A stretch of 63,963 bases of DNA, the filler included, from Atractiella rhizophila (taxonomy: Eukaryota): assembly GCA_021432655.1 (NCBI GenBank). It is 4 parts of 4 records of this genome, joined end to end, with 100 filler letters (N's around TTAATTAATTAA, not from the genome) between each part and the next. Parts side by side here need not be neighbours in the genome. Positions count along the whole stretch, not along the records: positions 1 to 20,716 come from MU271807.1; positions 20,817 to 43,700 come from MU271808.1; 2 more parts are not named here. One strand, given 5' to 3'. The first letter of the stretch is position 1. Each line of letters starts with the position of its first letter. A program made the position numbers and the translations under genes. Shown here in pieces: positions 11,880 through 23,342 of this stretch. The notes beneath the pieces were generated by a model. The model was not told the DNA's origin, made no database searches, and saw only the letters and a program-made list of their open reading frames with translations.

Positions 11880-13892
11880 AGAAAGACGACAGCTTGCCAT
11901 TCCAGCGTCGAGAATTTGGAGTTGATCCTTGATGCCACATCTGTACATTGCGCATGAATCTCATTCATTTCCGTCGTTGCTAGTCCCACTTGGAAGAGTA
12001 CAACCTATTCATTTGGGCCTTAAGCCGCGTTAGGGGAAAGAGGATGCGGTATACCTTGTTGTGCCACTCTGGATGTTCCTCCAAGAACCTCTCAAAGGCC
12101 ATCAACTTATGCCTTACTCCCTTGACATAATCCATCTTATCCCTCCCGACGATGATTTTCTGTCCGGCATAACGTTCTTTCAATATCTCGGTCCACTCCG
12201 TCACCTCTGGCTCTCGTCTACCGCACATAGATCAGTTGATGAAGAGACGGAGGAGACAAAAGGGGAGCAGAGATACGACGAACCTCTTCACGTTCAAGGC
12301 GTCAACGTCTATCCCAATGGGGAAGACTCCAACGTTACAGAACCCTCTCTTGGTGCTCACACCTCGGGGGGTCGTTTCGTACTGCAAGATGCGCATGACC
12401 GTCCTCCTAAAGTGTCTTGCAAAATTGAACCTATCCCAACGAACCATGGCATCAACGTGAGTTTCACTACTTGTTGCACTCAGTCCGGGATGGCAGGGGA
12501 AGACATACGTCTGAAAGCCTATCAGGTCTGCGCCTAACATTCCCTCCAACAACTGTTCCCTGGTAGCAAGGCACCTGACCGTTTCGCTGCTGGGGAAGGC
12601 AGTGTGGACGAAGAGGCTGATGCAAGCTAGTGGGAGCTTTTCTCTAATCATGAGAGGAACAAGAAGGAGATGATAGTCCGAGATGAGGATGACGTCCCCC
12701 TCTTGATATTGGGCTACGATCGCGTCCGCGACAGCTTGGTTTAGTTCGCGGTAGGGGAGGAAGGAGGCAGAGTCGTAAGATTTGTAAGAGGTGAAATCGG
12801 GCATGTAGTGGAAGGTAGGCCAAAGAACCTATCCATCACAGCCAAACAGAGCAACGAACAGCCAAAAAACAAACCACGAGCGAACAGTTAAATCATGAAA
12901 ATCAGTCTCCTGACGGTCTGCAGAGTGAGAAGTTGCTGCACCTGTTTGCAAAACCCTTCATAAGCTTCCACGACCACCTTCCTCTCCATCCAAACTGGTA
13001 TCTCCTCCCCTTCCCTCTCCCTCTCCTCTCCAAGCACCCTCTCCGCCTCCTTCTTCTCCTCCTCATCCACCTCATCCATGGCCACACCCGGAAAGCCAAT
13101 CCAAACCGGCTTCCAGCTCCGTGTTGAGGAGATGGCATGCAGAAGTCCGCCGTTTGCGTTCGGGGAGGGTACAACGGCGAAGGGAAAGTCAATGTGGGGT
13201 GAGGATAGTTGAGATTGGGAGGATTTGGGTTTTATCTCAGGTTGGGATTGGGATCGAGGTTGGGGTTGGGGTTGTTCCTCATCCGCAATAGTGGGCAGCT
13301 TCAGAGACTTTCTAACCTCGTCCGCCTCCGCTTGCACCTTCCTAGCTGCGCTGGAAAGAACTCCTTTTAGAGAAACGTTGTTGAGTGTGTTGAGACTCGT
13401 TGCCGTGTTCGATCGGGAGAGAGGATGAGGATGGGGAGAGATGGGAGAGAGTGGACCGGCCGTTGGTGTGGTTGGTGAGAAGAAGGGATTCGTAGCGTCT
13501 GCTGGAGTTGGTGTTTGCCCATATGGCGTTTGAGCCCTTTCCTATCCAACGACAACGGCACAGTCGCACAAGAGTGAATATTAACCATGAGAAGGAAGGC
13601 GCAAACAAAAGAGCTCGTTTAGAAATTTACGTTGTAAAGAAGGAGGACGTACGGTAAGATCTTCCACGATACTCAAGCTGGCTAGGTTGGGTTTGCTGCC
13701 ACTACTGGTCATGGAGGACGTGATGGGTGACTTTGGAGATAAAGGAGGATTGACAGGGCCATCGTCAAATACGGCTCGCTCTTGCTCTGGACTATAATTG
13801 AGGTTCAAAGGGGTGGTACTGCCATACGCTTGGTCGAATGAGAGGGTGTGGGGGAGGAAGAGAGTGCCTATAAGGACGCGTCGTTGAGCCAT
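11880..13892 (-). pseudogene. TPS2: 5' part of trehalose-6-phosphate synthase/phosphatase (GT20, Tps2-type), truncated before the end of GT20 and the phosphatase domain; in frame with NADAR C-half
   Basis: MAQRRVLIGTLFLPHT start; YEGFCKQVLWPTFHY, ILISDYHLLLVP, FVHTAFPSSE, GADLIGFQT, FPIGID, IVGRDKMDYVKG; ends at WQAVVFL. Tps2 versus Tps3/Tsl1 assignment is tentative. Confidence 0.8.
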
Positions 13893-15329
13893 TCTTAGCC
13901 TTTGCAATGAATCTCGTTTGATAAGGGAGCTGGCCAGATATAAACGTTATATAGACGACGTGGGAGTGCTGGCAAATGTGACGTTGAGCCTGAGCAGAAT
14001 ATTGGATGTTGGATGATGGATTTGGATGGATGTCGATTGTCGATGAGATGAGATCATTGAATGATGACAGTTGATGCCCATCGCTAGTCACCAACAACAC
14101 CACAAACGAATCGAATTGCAGGCTTAGTGCTACTACTGGGTGAAGCGGAACGTGTATCTCGCCAAAGGGAGGAGTTAGACGTTAAGGCTAGGCTGTAATT
14201 GCGCCGAGGAAGCAAAGGTACGTCTTCTTATGATATGTCGATTTCTGGGTTGGAAGGAGGGAAGACGCGTATCTTTGACCTGGGGCTCTTGAGCGAGCCT
14301 TTGTATTGTGCCGAGCAACGCGTACCTCTAGGTTGCTCGCTCCTTGCCAAGTACACGCGATGTGCACATCAAGTTTATGCCCATTCATCCCAGGTAGGAA
14401 TAAGCTTGAATGGTCTCTTACAGAGGGTGCATTCAACTTGATACATGATGGTCAATATTAAAGGTAACGAAAACCTTCGGTGTGCTTGTGGGACAACTTT
14501 GGTTGTGTGCCATCTTCGTGTGGCAACGTGTTATTGGCAGTTTCGTGGCCAATTGCTCAGCACGTCCCACTTCGCTGCAACGGTCACGAGTCTTTATCTC
14601 TGTTCTCTAGTTGGACTTGTAAAGGATCAAGTCTAATCTGTTTCCAAGATGGGTTTCATAAAGGAATTCCCAAGAATACTTGATATGAGCTCACGATAGA
14701 AGGAATGTTCCTCGCACATTTCCAGATTCCCTGAATCGGTTTCAGGATTGTTGCTGTCATTTCACTCCTGTTTAAATAGGAGCGGATTTTGATGAACTGC
14801 TCTCAAATGGAGAAGGAGATCTCGCAATCCCTGACTCCAATAGGAGGCTTTACAACGCGTCAGAGTGCTTTAGATAACTATTGTTCAAGTCTCTCTGAAG
14901 ATCTTGAGCGCTGCTCCGATAGTACTTCCCAAGCGCCGTCGCGACAGTGAGAATGACTTGCCCACTGCTTACAGTAAGGCGTTATTGCGATGCGTAATAA
15001 ATGGGTAATAAGGAAGACTGTTAGCTGTAGAAGCACGGAAGAATAGTTGCCTTGATCGCTGTATAATAATACTTTCTAATTAAGGTAATCACGGTTTCTT
15101 CGTCTTGGAATGAGACGTGAGGATATACTGTATCCTCCTTTTCGTTAGGAAACGCTCTTGGCTGTGGGACCAAGCATCAGGCAATTTCCTGACCTGGTAA
15201 CTATGCCTATCAAAGCTCATTTTAGAGTAAAATGTGCATTTACTCATTTCCTCCGTGAACTGCCTTGCGCCGCTCACATTTTTGCGCAAAATAAACTGAT
15301 TCCACCTTTTATTCGATAGTACATTGAAC

Positions 15330-15746
15330 ATGTATCACCTTCAACTCGATCTCCTGTATCCTTACCCACCTTCGACGAACGGTGCCTCCCGTTCCCTCTC
15401 CCTCCTTCCTCCTCACCTTCATTCCCAATACGTGCAATACCTACAAACCACTTCAATCACCGTTCTCCCAACGTCTGAAGACATCTGGAACCTGTCTTCA
15501 ATTGGACCTAGCAACGGGAAGGGGAAAGGACGACCGTCCGAAGAAGACGAGGCTCTACAAATGACAGGACTGGTGGAAGATGAACTGGACTACCGCCTCT
15601 CTCCGCTCTCCCTCGATTTTGTCTCCAACCCTACACTCGAGTCGGCGGCAGAACAGATCGCAGGGTCCGACTACCGCTTAACACGCACCAATTTTGGGTC
15701 TTCGGAAGGAGCTGTAGTGGGAATGCGCCTCCCATCCCCATCAGCA
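15330..15746 (+). pseudogene. 5' fragment of a gene divergent from TPS2, possibly BRAP2/Etp1-like RING protein N-terminus
   Basis: ATG-initiated ORF MYHLQLDLLY...DYRLSPLSLDFV that runs into the 21-bp repeat and stops; family resemblance is weak and from memory. Confidence 0.4.
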
Positions 15747-16160
15747 GTCGATGTATACTTCCAATAGTTCCCCTCAGCCACGATCCCACTTCTCTCTTCC
15801 GCCCATTTCGCCTCTACGAAATTCGACACCAGTCTTCCTAACCTTCTCTGTTCCGCTGGGTCGCTCGTTTTCAATATCTGCTCGGCCATGTCCATATCTT
15901 CGAAAAGGACGGCTTTGGAGTACATCATGTACCTATGGGTTTCAATTCAATTTGTTTTCTCATCAGCGCTCAGAAGCGGTGAGAGAAGGAAGGACGAACT
16001 GTTCTGCCGTCCCAAAGTCCTTCTTCTCAACCTCATTTGTCGCGGTATCCGACGAAGTAGAAGGAAATGAAGGAATGGGAGCTGCGAAGGTGTGTTCGAA
16101 CCATTGCGAGAAATGGCCGTGAGGTACTTCATGAGGTCTCCAGAAAAATACGGGCTCCAT
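15747..16160 (-). pseudogene. N-terminal half of NADAR (YbiA-like) gene
   Basis: MEPVFFW..HFSQWF..FGTAEQ|intron|YMMYSKAVLFED..ILKTSDPAEQRRLGRLVSNF..W..GNYWKY. Confidence 0.9.
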
Positions 16161-16546
16161 CTTGATCTCTTCTTGAATAAGAAAAGAGGCTCTCTTGAAG
16201 ATATAAAATCTTGACGATATAATTTTATATACTGAGCGGGGTCAAGTCATCTTTGATGCACCGCCTAGAGTCCCACTGGCAGCCTGAAGATTCGACGTTG
16301 GAAACATTTGGAACGTGGGTTCAAAACGGGCGTTGGTCTAGCTGTGAGCGAGTCATGTCCACTATTATTATCTCTCCCGCTCCACCGTCAGCTCAATGAA
16401 GATGACGGGATCTAAGCTTGAATCCACACCTCAGGGACATACAATCATTTCTCAAAGTCTAGATGTCCACGTTCAGCTTTGTCAATGAGTGAGGGTTACA
16501 TTAAGCTATATGAGTACACTATCCGCTGATCGGCCTGAGCTGAAAT

Positions 16547-17660
16547 TCACATCTCCTCCTCCCCTTCTTCAACTCCTTCCTCTCTCTCTTTCTTCACAAA
16601 CAGCTCCTCCCTCCCCACTTCCGCTTTCACCTCCTCCCATACTCTCTCCACCTCCCTCACTGCCCACTCGCCCGTTCCTGATACGCCGACCAGTTCCTTC
16701 GGATCAGGATACGACCTCACTGGTGTTATCTTTCTCGTCAATGTGTCATGGTGGTGGTGAGAAAACATGAGAGGAGAAGGTGGAAGGATGCTGTAGAAGG
16801 TTGAGAAGAGAGGAGTGAGATCGGACGGTAAAAGGCGCGTGAGGAATGGGGAGAGGATGGATTGTGAGTTTTGATCCGTGCGGGTTGGATGGTAGGGATG
16901 TTCAAGGTATATTACGTCTGTCAAAATCTCGTCAGACAAAAGGCTAGAGAAAGAGAGAAAGGGAGAAAAGCACATACACTCTCCCGCTGGTGTGGCATAA
17001 TTGCTTTGTCCCTCTACGAGCGCTGTGCATGCGAACCCATTCTCCTCTTCAGGAGCAAAAACAACCATTCTCGAATCTTCATCTTTCTCACTTGCAGTCC
17101 AAAAAGGTCGATCAATAATGACAATCCCTCTTGCCATTCTCACCTCCTCTTCTTTCCCTTCCTCCTCCTCCTCTTTAGCAAGCGAGGACTGCAAAAGTTC
17201 TTCGTCCCCAACGATCCTCCCCACCGTCACTTTCACCTTCTCCCTTTCCGCCTCCGCGCCAACCATTCCTGGCAGTTCAACCTCTACTTCCACCTTCCCC
17301 TCTCTGTCGTCACCACCGATTGTCCACCGCGCTTCCAAAACTTGTACTGCTCCTTGAACAGCAGCAGAGCGAGAAAAACCTTCGACTAGCTCCCCCATCC
17401 CACCATAGTTTCCGACAAGGAAGGGAGAGGGAATGGAACCGTATACTCCTATTGAGGTCAGATTGTGGTGTAGCTTGAGAAGGGAAGTGAGAAGGGGCTC
17501 TGTTGTGGTGACCTTAGAATATTGAAAGAAATGGGAAGAGGAAACGCACCTGAGGAGGAGAAGTTGAGGGTTGCTGCGTAGGCGAGGGATTGGGAGAGGG
17601 AGGGAGAGAGGGAGAAGGCGGTTTGGAGGAAGGAGAGGAAAGTTGTGGTTTCATGTCCTG
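16547..17660 (-). CDS. MRS6: Rab escort protein / Rab GGTase component A (GDI family), 3' part; 5' part not visible before gap
   Basis: FLSFLQTAFSLS..LAYA..|..SIGVYG..SPFLVGNYGGMGELVEGFSRSAAVQGAVQVL; RGIVIID, MVVFAP, GEWAVREVERVW. Confidence 0.75.
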
Positions 17661-17827
17661 AATACAGATGGAGGTAAATTAACGGGTGACCTTTGCAAAC
17701 TTGGAAGCGAAACTAGAAGTGAAGGACAACGAGGATTCTATTGCATATCAATATGAACTGGACACACAACTTGTTCACCCACACATAGAATGTGGCAACA
17801 TGNNNNNNNNNNNNNNNNNNNNNNNNN

Positions 17828-19240
17828 TTCTTGGTCGAGAGCGATGGTTAACTATTTTAATAATCACGCACCGCTGCATACTCTGACGTTCCACGCTCTG
17901 GCTTTGTTCGTCACAATTATAACATCATATACACACTATTCACTTTATGTAATGGACGTTCCACGCTCTGGCTTTGTTCGTCACCCAGAGCGTGAACGTC
18001 CCGTTAAGAAGAATATCGTTTCTTCCGACTTATTATTCTTTCGCGCTCGTTTCTACTTTCTTTCGGAATTATGTGTGGTTTGCACTACCTTCCTCCTCCG
18101 CGTTCACGAGGGCACCGGGGTAGTGACAGCTTAGGATTAGGACCGTTGTTTCCGTATCGGACGTTTGGGCAGTCGTTTTCGTCTTCTTCCGTTTCCGCAG
18201 CATAGCCCGCAACTTTCGTCCATGACGACTCCTGACTTTCTAGTACTCTTAACTAGTCACTCTTACCGATTCACTATCTTATTGGATGGAATACATGTCC
18301 CGGGGTTTTACGCGTAAAGGTGTAGTTGAGCAACTATAGGTCGGAGAAGAGGTTGTAACGCAGTTAGCGGTCAAGGTGTCTGACCGATAGGTACTAAAGC
18401 CTACCCAAGCAGCTCCGTGATCTTCCCCACGTACGACACTTCACATCTCTGTGTAACCTTTTACGACCGTCGGTAGGTTAGCCAAAGAAGAACGAGGTCG
18501 GCAGTCTAGGTCCAAGAACCCGTCCTTTCCTCACCATATCGATGTTGTGTCGCTGTGTCTGTGTCTCATTAGAGCCCTATAACATTGCCCCTTTCCGCAT
18601 TTTAACGATGTTCACTAGTCACTGTTACCCAACCGATCTAGACAGACTATAGTTATCGAATGAATCAGGTACTGAGGTTCAGCGGAGTCAGTTCAAGTCA
18701 GTGAGTGACTGGACTTGAGATGTCTATTTTCACATGACCTGATTCAGTTAAGGGTTATTTGGGGTAACTCTCAAGGCTGGTACGACTGCTGTAGCCTCGA
18801 CTGTGGTCGTTAGTTCTTTGCGGTCAAGCATGGTTCGCCACCGTCTTTGTTCTATGTAGTTCTTCAGATGAGTAGGGGACTTCGGACGCGACGCTCTTTA
18901 GGTGGTTGCTGATGAGAATAGCCTTTTCTGTCTCTTTCGGCGTTAGGTAGTTGTACTTCGGCTTTTGCTAGTTCTGACTTCAAGCCGGTGCTGGGGCTGT
19001 TATGTTAAGTCTGACGATGATACAGTGGTTTGTTGGAAAGCATCTCAGCTCTGTTCATCAGCTCGACTGCCTCACAAGCAAGTCGGTCTAAGCGTAGGGG
19101 ATGTCATCATCTTCGAGCTTTCATAGAGTAACACTTTTTCCGCAACCGCTCTCTTTTTTTCATCGCTCCATCTAACAACTGACTTGGGGCGTGTTACCTT
19201 CCCGCTGGTTCTCATCTAGCCAAATCCCCACTGCCTAGTC
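17828..19240. other. Reversed-not-complemented (mirror) segment containing flank, 5' LTR and PBS of the adjacent copia element
   Basis: Read right-to-left without complementing: GTAAGC..CTGAT..TTGTAG (18662->18607) and GTAGGT..CTGAT..TTTCAG (18288->18234) introns; LTR end ..TTATCA (17851) then TGGTAGCGAGAG (17848->17837), identical to the PBS at 38470. Right boundary approximate. Confidence 0.8.
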
Positions 19241-19248
19241 AGCCCAGA

Positions 19249-20437
19249 ATGTCTGAAAGCCATGACACCTCCATCATTACTTCTTCGACTATCCCGAAAC
19301 TCGAGGGACGGGAGAACTACCATATCTGGTACTTCCGTGTCCAGGCGAAGCTGCTCGGCAAGAATTGCTGGGGGATCGTTGCTGGAACGGATGTCAAACC
19401 CGTTGCCATTGCGGGAGAGGTTGGAAAGGCGGAGGATGTCGCGAAGGTCGAGGCGACGCAGAAGGATTGGACGAGGCGAGCGAACCTAGCGTACTCGATC
19501 ATCATCGATGCCTGCAAGGATCATGTACTCACTGATATCCGAGAGATCGAAGTTGAAAAGCCGAAGGAAGTCTGGGACAAGCTCAAGGAGCTGTACCAAA
19601 CTCAAGATCGCCAGGCGCGAGTCCTTCTTCGTCAGGAGCTTTACACTTCCCGCTACATCGAGGGCGAATCCATGCGTGACCACGTTAACCGAATCCGCAT
19701 GACAGGACAGAAGCTGAAGGCGATGGGCGACAAAACAGATGATGAGGACATTGCGATGCTCCTCTTGATCTCCTTACCGCCATCCTGGATTGAAGTCGTT
19801 TCCTCCTTCAATGCCGTCTCCTCTTCAGATTTCACCTCCTCTTATGTCGCATCTCGTCTCCTTCTTGAAGCAGACCGAAGGAACCCAGAGTCCAAATCTA
19901 GCGAAGCGTTGGTCACAAAGGCTGGGAGGAGCGGAAGGAACTTTACCAAGCCTATTGGTGGAAGTAGCAGCGGAGGGAAGTCGAAAGGCGAGAAGAAGAA
20001 AGGGAAGTGCAACTATTGTGGTATCGAGGGCCACTGGGAGAGGGATTGCCGAAAGAAGAAGCGGGAGGAAGAAGAGAAGCCTGGGGATGCTAGGATCTCA
20101 GAAGCATTCCACACGATCACCGGAGATGGAACGCACCGTGATGGAATCTATGTCGACTCCGCCGCAACGGATCACATCGTTCCCAACAGGTCCTGGTTCT
20201 CCTCACTATCCCCGCACGACCGTCGTATCCGCTCCTCTCATGGCATCATCACTAAGGCCACTGGAATAGGCAACGTCAAAGTCTTGACAAAGGTCAAAGG
20301 AGTCGAAAGAGAGATTGAACTTACCAATGTTCTCTTTGATCCTGAAATTGACTGTGCCCTCCTCTCCACCGACAAGCTCAACACTCGCGGCTTCGATGTC
20401 ATCTTCTCAGCAGACAAACGAGGGAGAGTCATGAAGC
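19249..20437 (+). mobile_element. Ty1/copia retrotransposon 1: gag (CCHC knuckle) and protease
   Basis: IPKLEGRENYHIW, LLISLPPSW, CNYCGIEGHWERDC, YVDSAATDH, ATGIGNV, LTNVLF..ALLS. Confidence 0.92.
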
Positions 20438-20716
20438 CCCTCAAACCTAACTGCCTGGTTCCTCTGTAGGCCGTGTACCACTCACTACTAGGAGGAGAGG
20501 GTGAAGGTAAGGAGATTGGTAAAGAAAGAAAACGTCGAGGAACTCAGGCCGATTGGGGTCCACCGGCTCGGACGTTACGGTCTGTACTCTCCTTCGTCCA
20601 AAGTGCCAGCACCACTCTAAACGAAAGCGAGGAAAACGTAGGCCCCTTGTCGTGACTGCGTAGATCAAACGCGTCCGGAGGAAGACGTTGTTAGAGACGG
20701 TGGTGTCAGGGTAGTA
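20438..20716. other. Mirror segment encoding the continuation of copia 1 pol (GAG-pre-integrase/HHCC)
   Basis: Read backwards without complementing gives DGTVVAEIVAEGGLRKLD..VWHCRLGHLGLAGLKELQKKEMVRGM..PCAGCLLG, with two 1-bp indels. Confidence 0.92.
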
Positions 20717-20760
20717 NNNNNNNNNNNNNNNNNNNNNNNNNNNNNNNNNNNNNNNNNNNN

Positions 20761-20772
20761 TTAATTAATTAA
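20761..20772. other. Scaffold gap linker TTAATTAATTAA (also at 43745 and 61947)
   Basis: Embedded in N runs; stops in all frames; assembly marker. Confidence 0.95.
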
Positions 20773-21328
20773 NNNNNNNNNNNNNNNNNNNNNNNNNNNN
20801 NNNNNNNNNNNNNNNNTAATACGCTATAGCGCTACCTGAAGGTTCTTTCGGTGCGCAACAACGTTCTGTTTTCTTCTATTTCGTTCATAGTAAGCAGAAT
20901 GCGCTGAGAAAAGCCCTCACACCGTGTTCGTGTTCGCGACGAGGATTCGTGCACGCACCCGCGTTCCACAAGCACCATCGGAAACTCTTTATCACCTTCA
21001 TTCCTCCATTTCATTCTCACATCCACTGTGAGCAATCCTTCGACAATTGGCATTTTGACAGTCAGTTATTGGAAATGTCGACGAGCAAGTTGAACGAGAG
21101 ACCGTAATGGGCTGATGACAGTCCCCCCATGTATTACGTGGGCTCTCAACTGAAAAGGATGGTCAACTTCTATACCCGAATATCCATCCTCTGACTTTTG
21201 CACCTCTCATATATGTTTGAGAGGTTGTAAAATCAGATTCAGGCAAACGATGTTCTAGACAAAATAAAATGTGTCATCACAATAGTTGAGCACATGGTGC
21301 CTGCAGGCAGGTGAAGTTGATGGACGAC

Positions 21329-21388
21329 TAGGGAGGGCTCTTCATCACCACATAGACGGTCGAGGGGGACGGACGGTGAAGAGCCCTA
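21329..21388. mobile_element. Very short hAT-like TIR remnant
   Basis: AGGGCTCTTCA..TGAAGAGCCCT inverted pair; right end resembles the terminus at 23343; flanks share GACGAC. Confidence 0.35.
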
Positions 21389-21672
21389 ATGACGACCAAC
21401 GACACTAATTTTGGAGATCGTAGCCATCTAGAGATCAACCAATTCGGCTTATTTTTGCATTATTGGAAGATCGAAAGTACCCAAGATGTCATAATTGTGT
21501 ATTTTTCAACCGTTAATACTGCAAGGTGGGTCATGAGGCACATCCAAGATTTCAGCCGTGCAAATCTGGTGCATGTGCATAATTTCAGGACGTAATAGAT
21601 TGTGTGCCTAAATACCGGCCAGAGCAGAATGAAAAAGACGATCGACGATGGCGGCGTGATTCTGGCGCTGTG

Positions 21673-21781
21673 ATTCTGGAAAAGTGAATTCAGTCGGGAG
21701 GAAAAGTCCAGAAACTTCGCTTATGACACATTTGACCCTGGCTGACGTCTCAAGAGGCTGGACTTGCAAAGGTATATATAA
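21673..21781 (+). promoter_or_regulatory. HSP20 promoter: heat-shock-element-like nGAAn/nTTCn arrays and TATA box
   Basis: TTCtgGAA (~21674), TCCaGAAacTTC (~21707-21718), TATATATAA at 21773, ~75 nt upstream of ATG. Confidence 0.55.
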
Positions 21782-21850
21782 ACTGGTCTTTTCACATCAT
21801 TCTATGTAAAAGAGCCCTACAATACCAACCACAAAGCAACAACTCCAACA

Positions 21851-22336
21851 ATGTCGCTCATCCAAAACCTCTTCCCTGAGCTCCGCCGCGCTCCTTTCTA
21901 CAGCCGAGCATTCGATGTCCCCGAATTCTCTCAGCTGTCTCAACTACCGAGACCCGCAATTGACGTTCACGAAGAAGGAGACAAATACATTGTTCAAGCC
22001 GAGGTCGCCGGAGCTCTGAAGGAAGACCTAAAACTCGAGTTCGGTGGTGATTGTGGAGAGGTCCTTACACTTAGCGGGAAGATCGTGAAGACGAAGGAAT
22101 TCAAGCCTGAAGAGCCAAGGGAAGGGGCGGGAAATGAGAAGGCGATTGAGAAGCGAAGTACGAATACGAATATCTGGCATTCCGAACGCTTTGAAGGATC
22201 TTTCGCCAGGTCGGTGAGGTTCCCAACGCCAGTCGATACGGAGAAAGTGTCCGCAAAGTATGAGAATGGTATTCTGGAGGTGGAAGTACCGAAGAGGTTG
22301 AAGAAGGAGGGTTCAAAGAGTATCGAGATTGCTTAA
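21851..22336 (+). CDS. Small heat shock protein (HSP20/alpha-crystallin domain), intronless
   Basis: PAIDVHE, LTLSG, SERFEGSFARSVRFP, VSAKYENGILEVEVPK, C-terminal IEI motif. Confidence 0.95.
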   Translation: MSLIQNLFPELRRAPFYSRAFDVPEFSQLSQLPRPAIDVHEEGDKYIVQAEVAGALKEDLKLEFGGDCGEVLTLSGKIVKTKEFKPEEPREGAGNEKAIEKRSTNTNIWHSERFEGSFARSVRFPTPVDTEKVSAKYENGILEVEVPKRLKKEGSKSIEIA

Positions 22337-22571
22337 GCACGTTTAATTTCTGGTGCTGCTGAAGTTGTACTAATTGCTTCCTTTAGATTCGGATGTTGAT
22401 CAAGCAACCTTAATTTCTCTGTTTCTTCGATGTAATATCTAATAATTGAACACACGAAGCCAAAGCGTCTGAATGATGAATGACAATGGTATCTGTAATT
22501 GCCACAGAAAATATTTCAACCGGAAAATACAGAGGATTGGGAAATCCAGGATGCTGGAGAACACTGCACTG

Positions 22572-22684
22572 CACACTCTGCTTTACCACGCACACTCTGC
22601 TTTACCACGCACACTCTGCTTTACCACGCACACTCTGCTTTACCACGCACACTCTGCTTTATCACGCACACTCTGCTTTACCAC
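22572..22684. repeat. Minisatellite, ~6 x 19 bp (CACACTCTGCTTTACCACG)
   Basis: Head-to-tail units with no spacers, one internal substitution. Confidence 0.95.
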
Positions 22685-23342
22685 CTCTGTGGAGTAAGGG
22701 AGGATGGTTTGAAGTTGGATCAGCCATGCAGACACTCTCCTCTGCATAATCAAGTTTAGTGATCGAGCATTACAACTCAACAATGCGTGAATGTGACATT
22801 TAAATAGGCATTTGAATCTAAGAAAGCAAGAAAAACCCTTCCCATAATTTAGGAGAGGAAACCATGCACCTAAACGTCACTGCCCTCCTTTCCCTTTCAT
22901 ATATCATGCCAACCTAACTCGCTCTCCCTCATCCACCTTCAACTTGTTCCACAAATGAAGCACCTTCGCTACCTCGAACGCCATCAGTGCGTGCTTGTTC
23001 CAGCCAAATCGAAAATCAATCTCCGCGATGTTGCGGCTCTTGTGTAGATCTCCCACTTCCATATGCAGCATTTTTGCCTCCTGGGCATCCTCGTCGTCGC
23101 TTGTTGGAGAAAACTGGATGCAAGAGACGAGTGCACGAGTGTTTGTAGTCCGGAGAAGTGGCTTTGCGAGTGCCGTCTCCACGACACACACCGCCTGTTG
23201 GAAGAGCGATTGGAGCATTCGTAGTATGTCACTCAAGAACACCGGTATGTCGGTATGTCGTCCAAGCACCGGAGGTTGGTAAAGGGTCAGATAGGGATGA
23301 TCTCTAGCAGGATATGTTCAAGGTTTGGGTATTGTTCACCGA

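Noticed and set aside
19031..19178. Apparent short forward LTR (TGTTGGA...TCTAACA) before copia 1 gag
   Set aside because: No PBS follows, and a better LTR+PBS emerges when the segment is read backwards
20438..20716. GT-AG intron-like motifs in the complement-only reading
   Set aside because: The reversed reading gives a clear copia HHCC domain, so these are antisense coincidences
20717..20816. TTAATTAATTAA as a biological motif (also 43745, 61947)
   Set aside because: Always inside N runs; artificial gap linker
22572..22684. CRISPR-like array
   Set aside because: Units are contiguous with no unique spacers, no cas genes, eukaryotic context: a minisatellite
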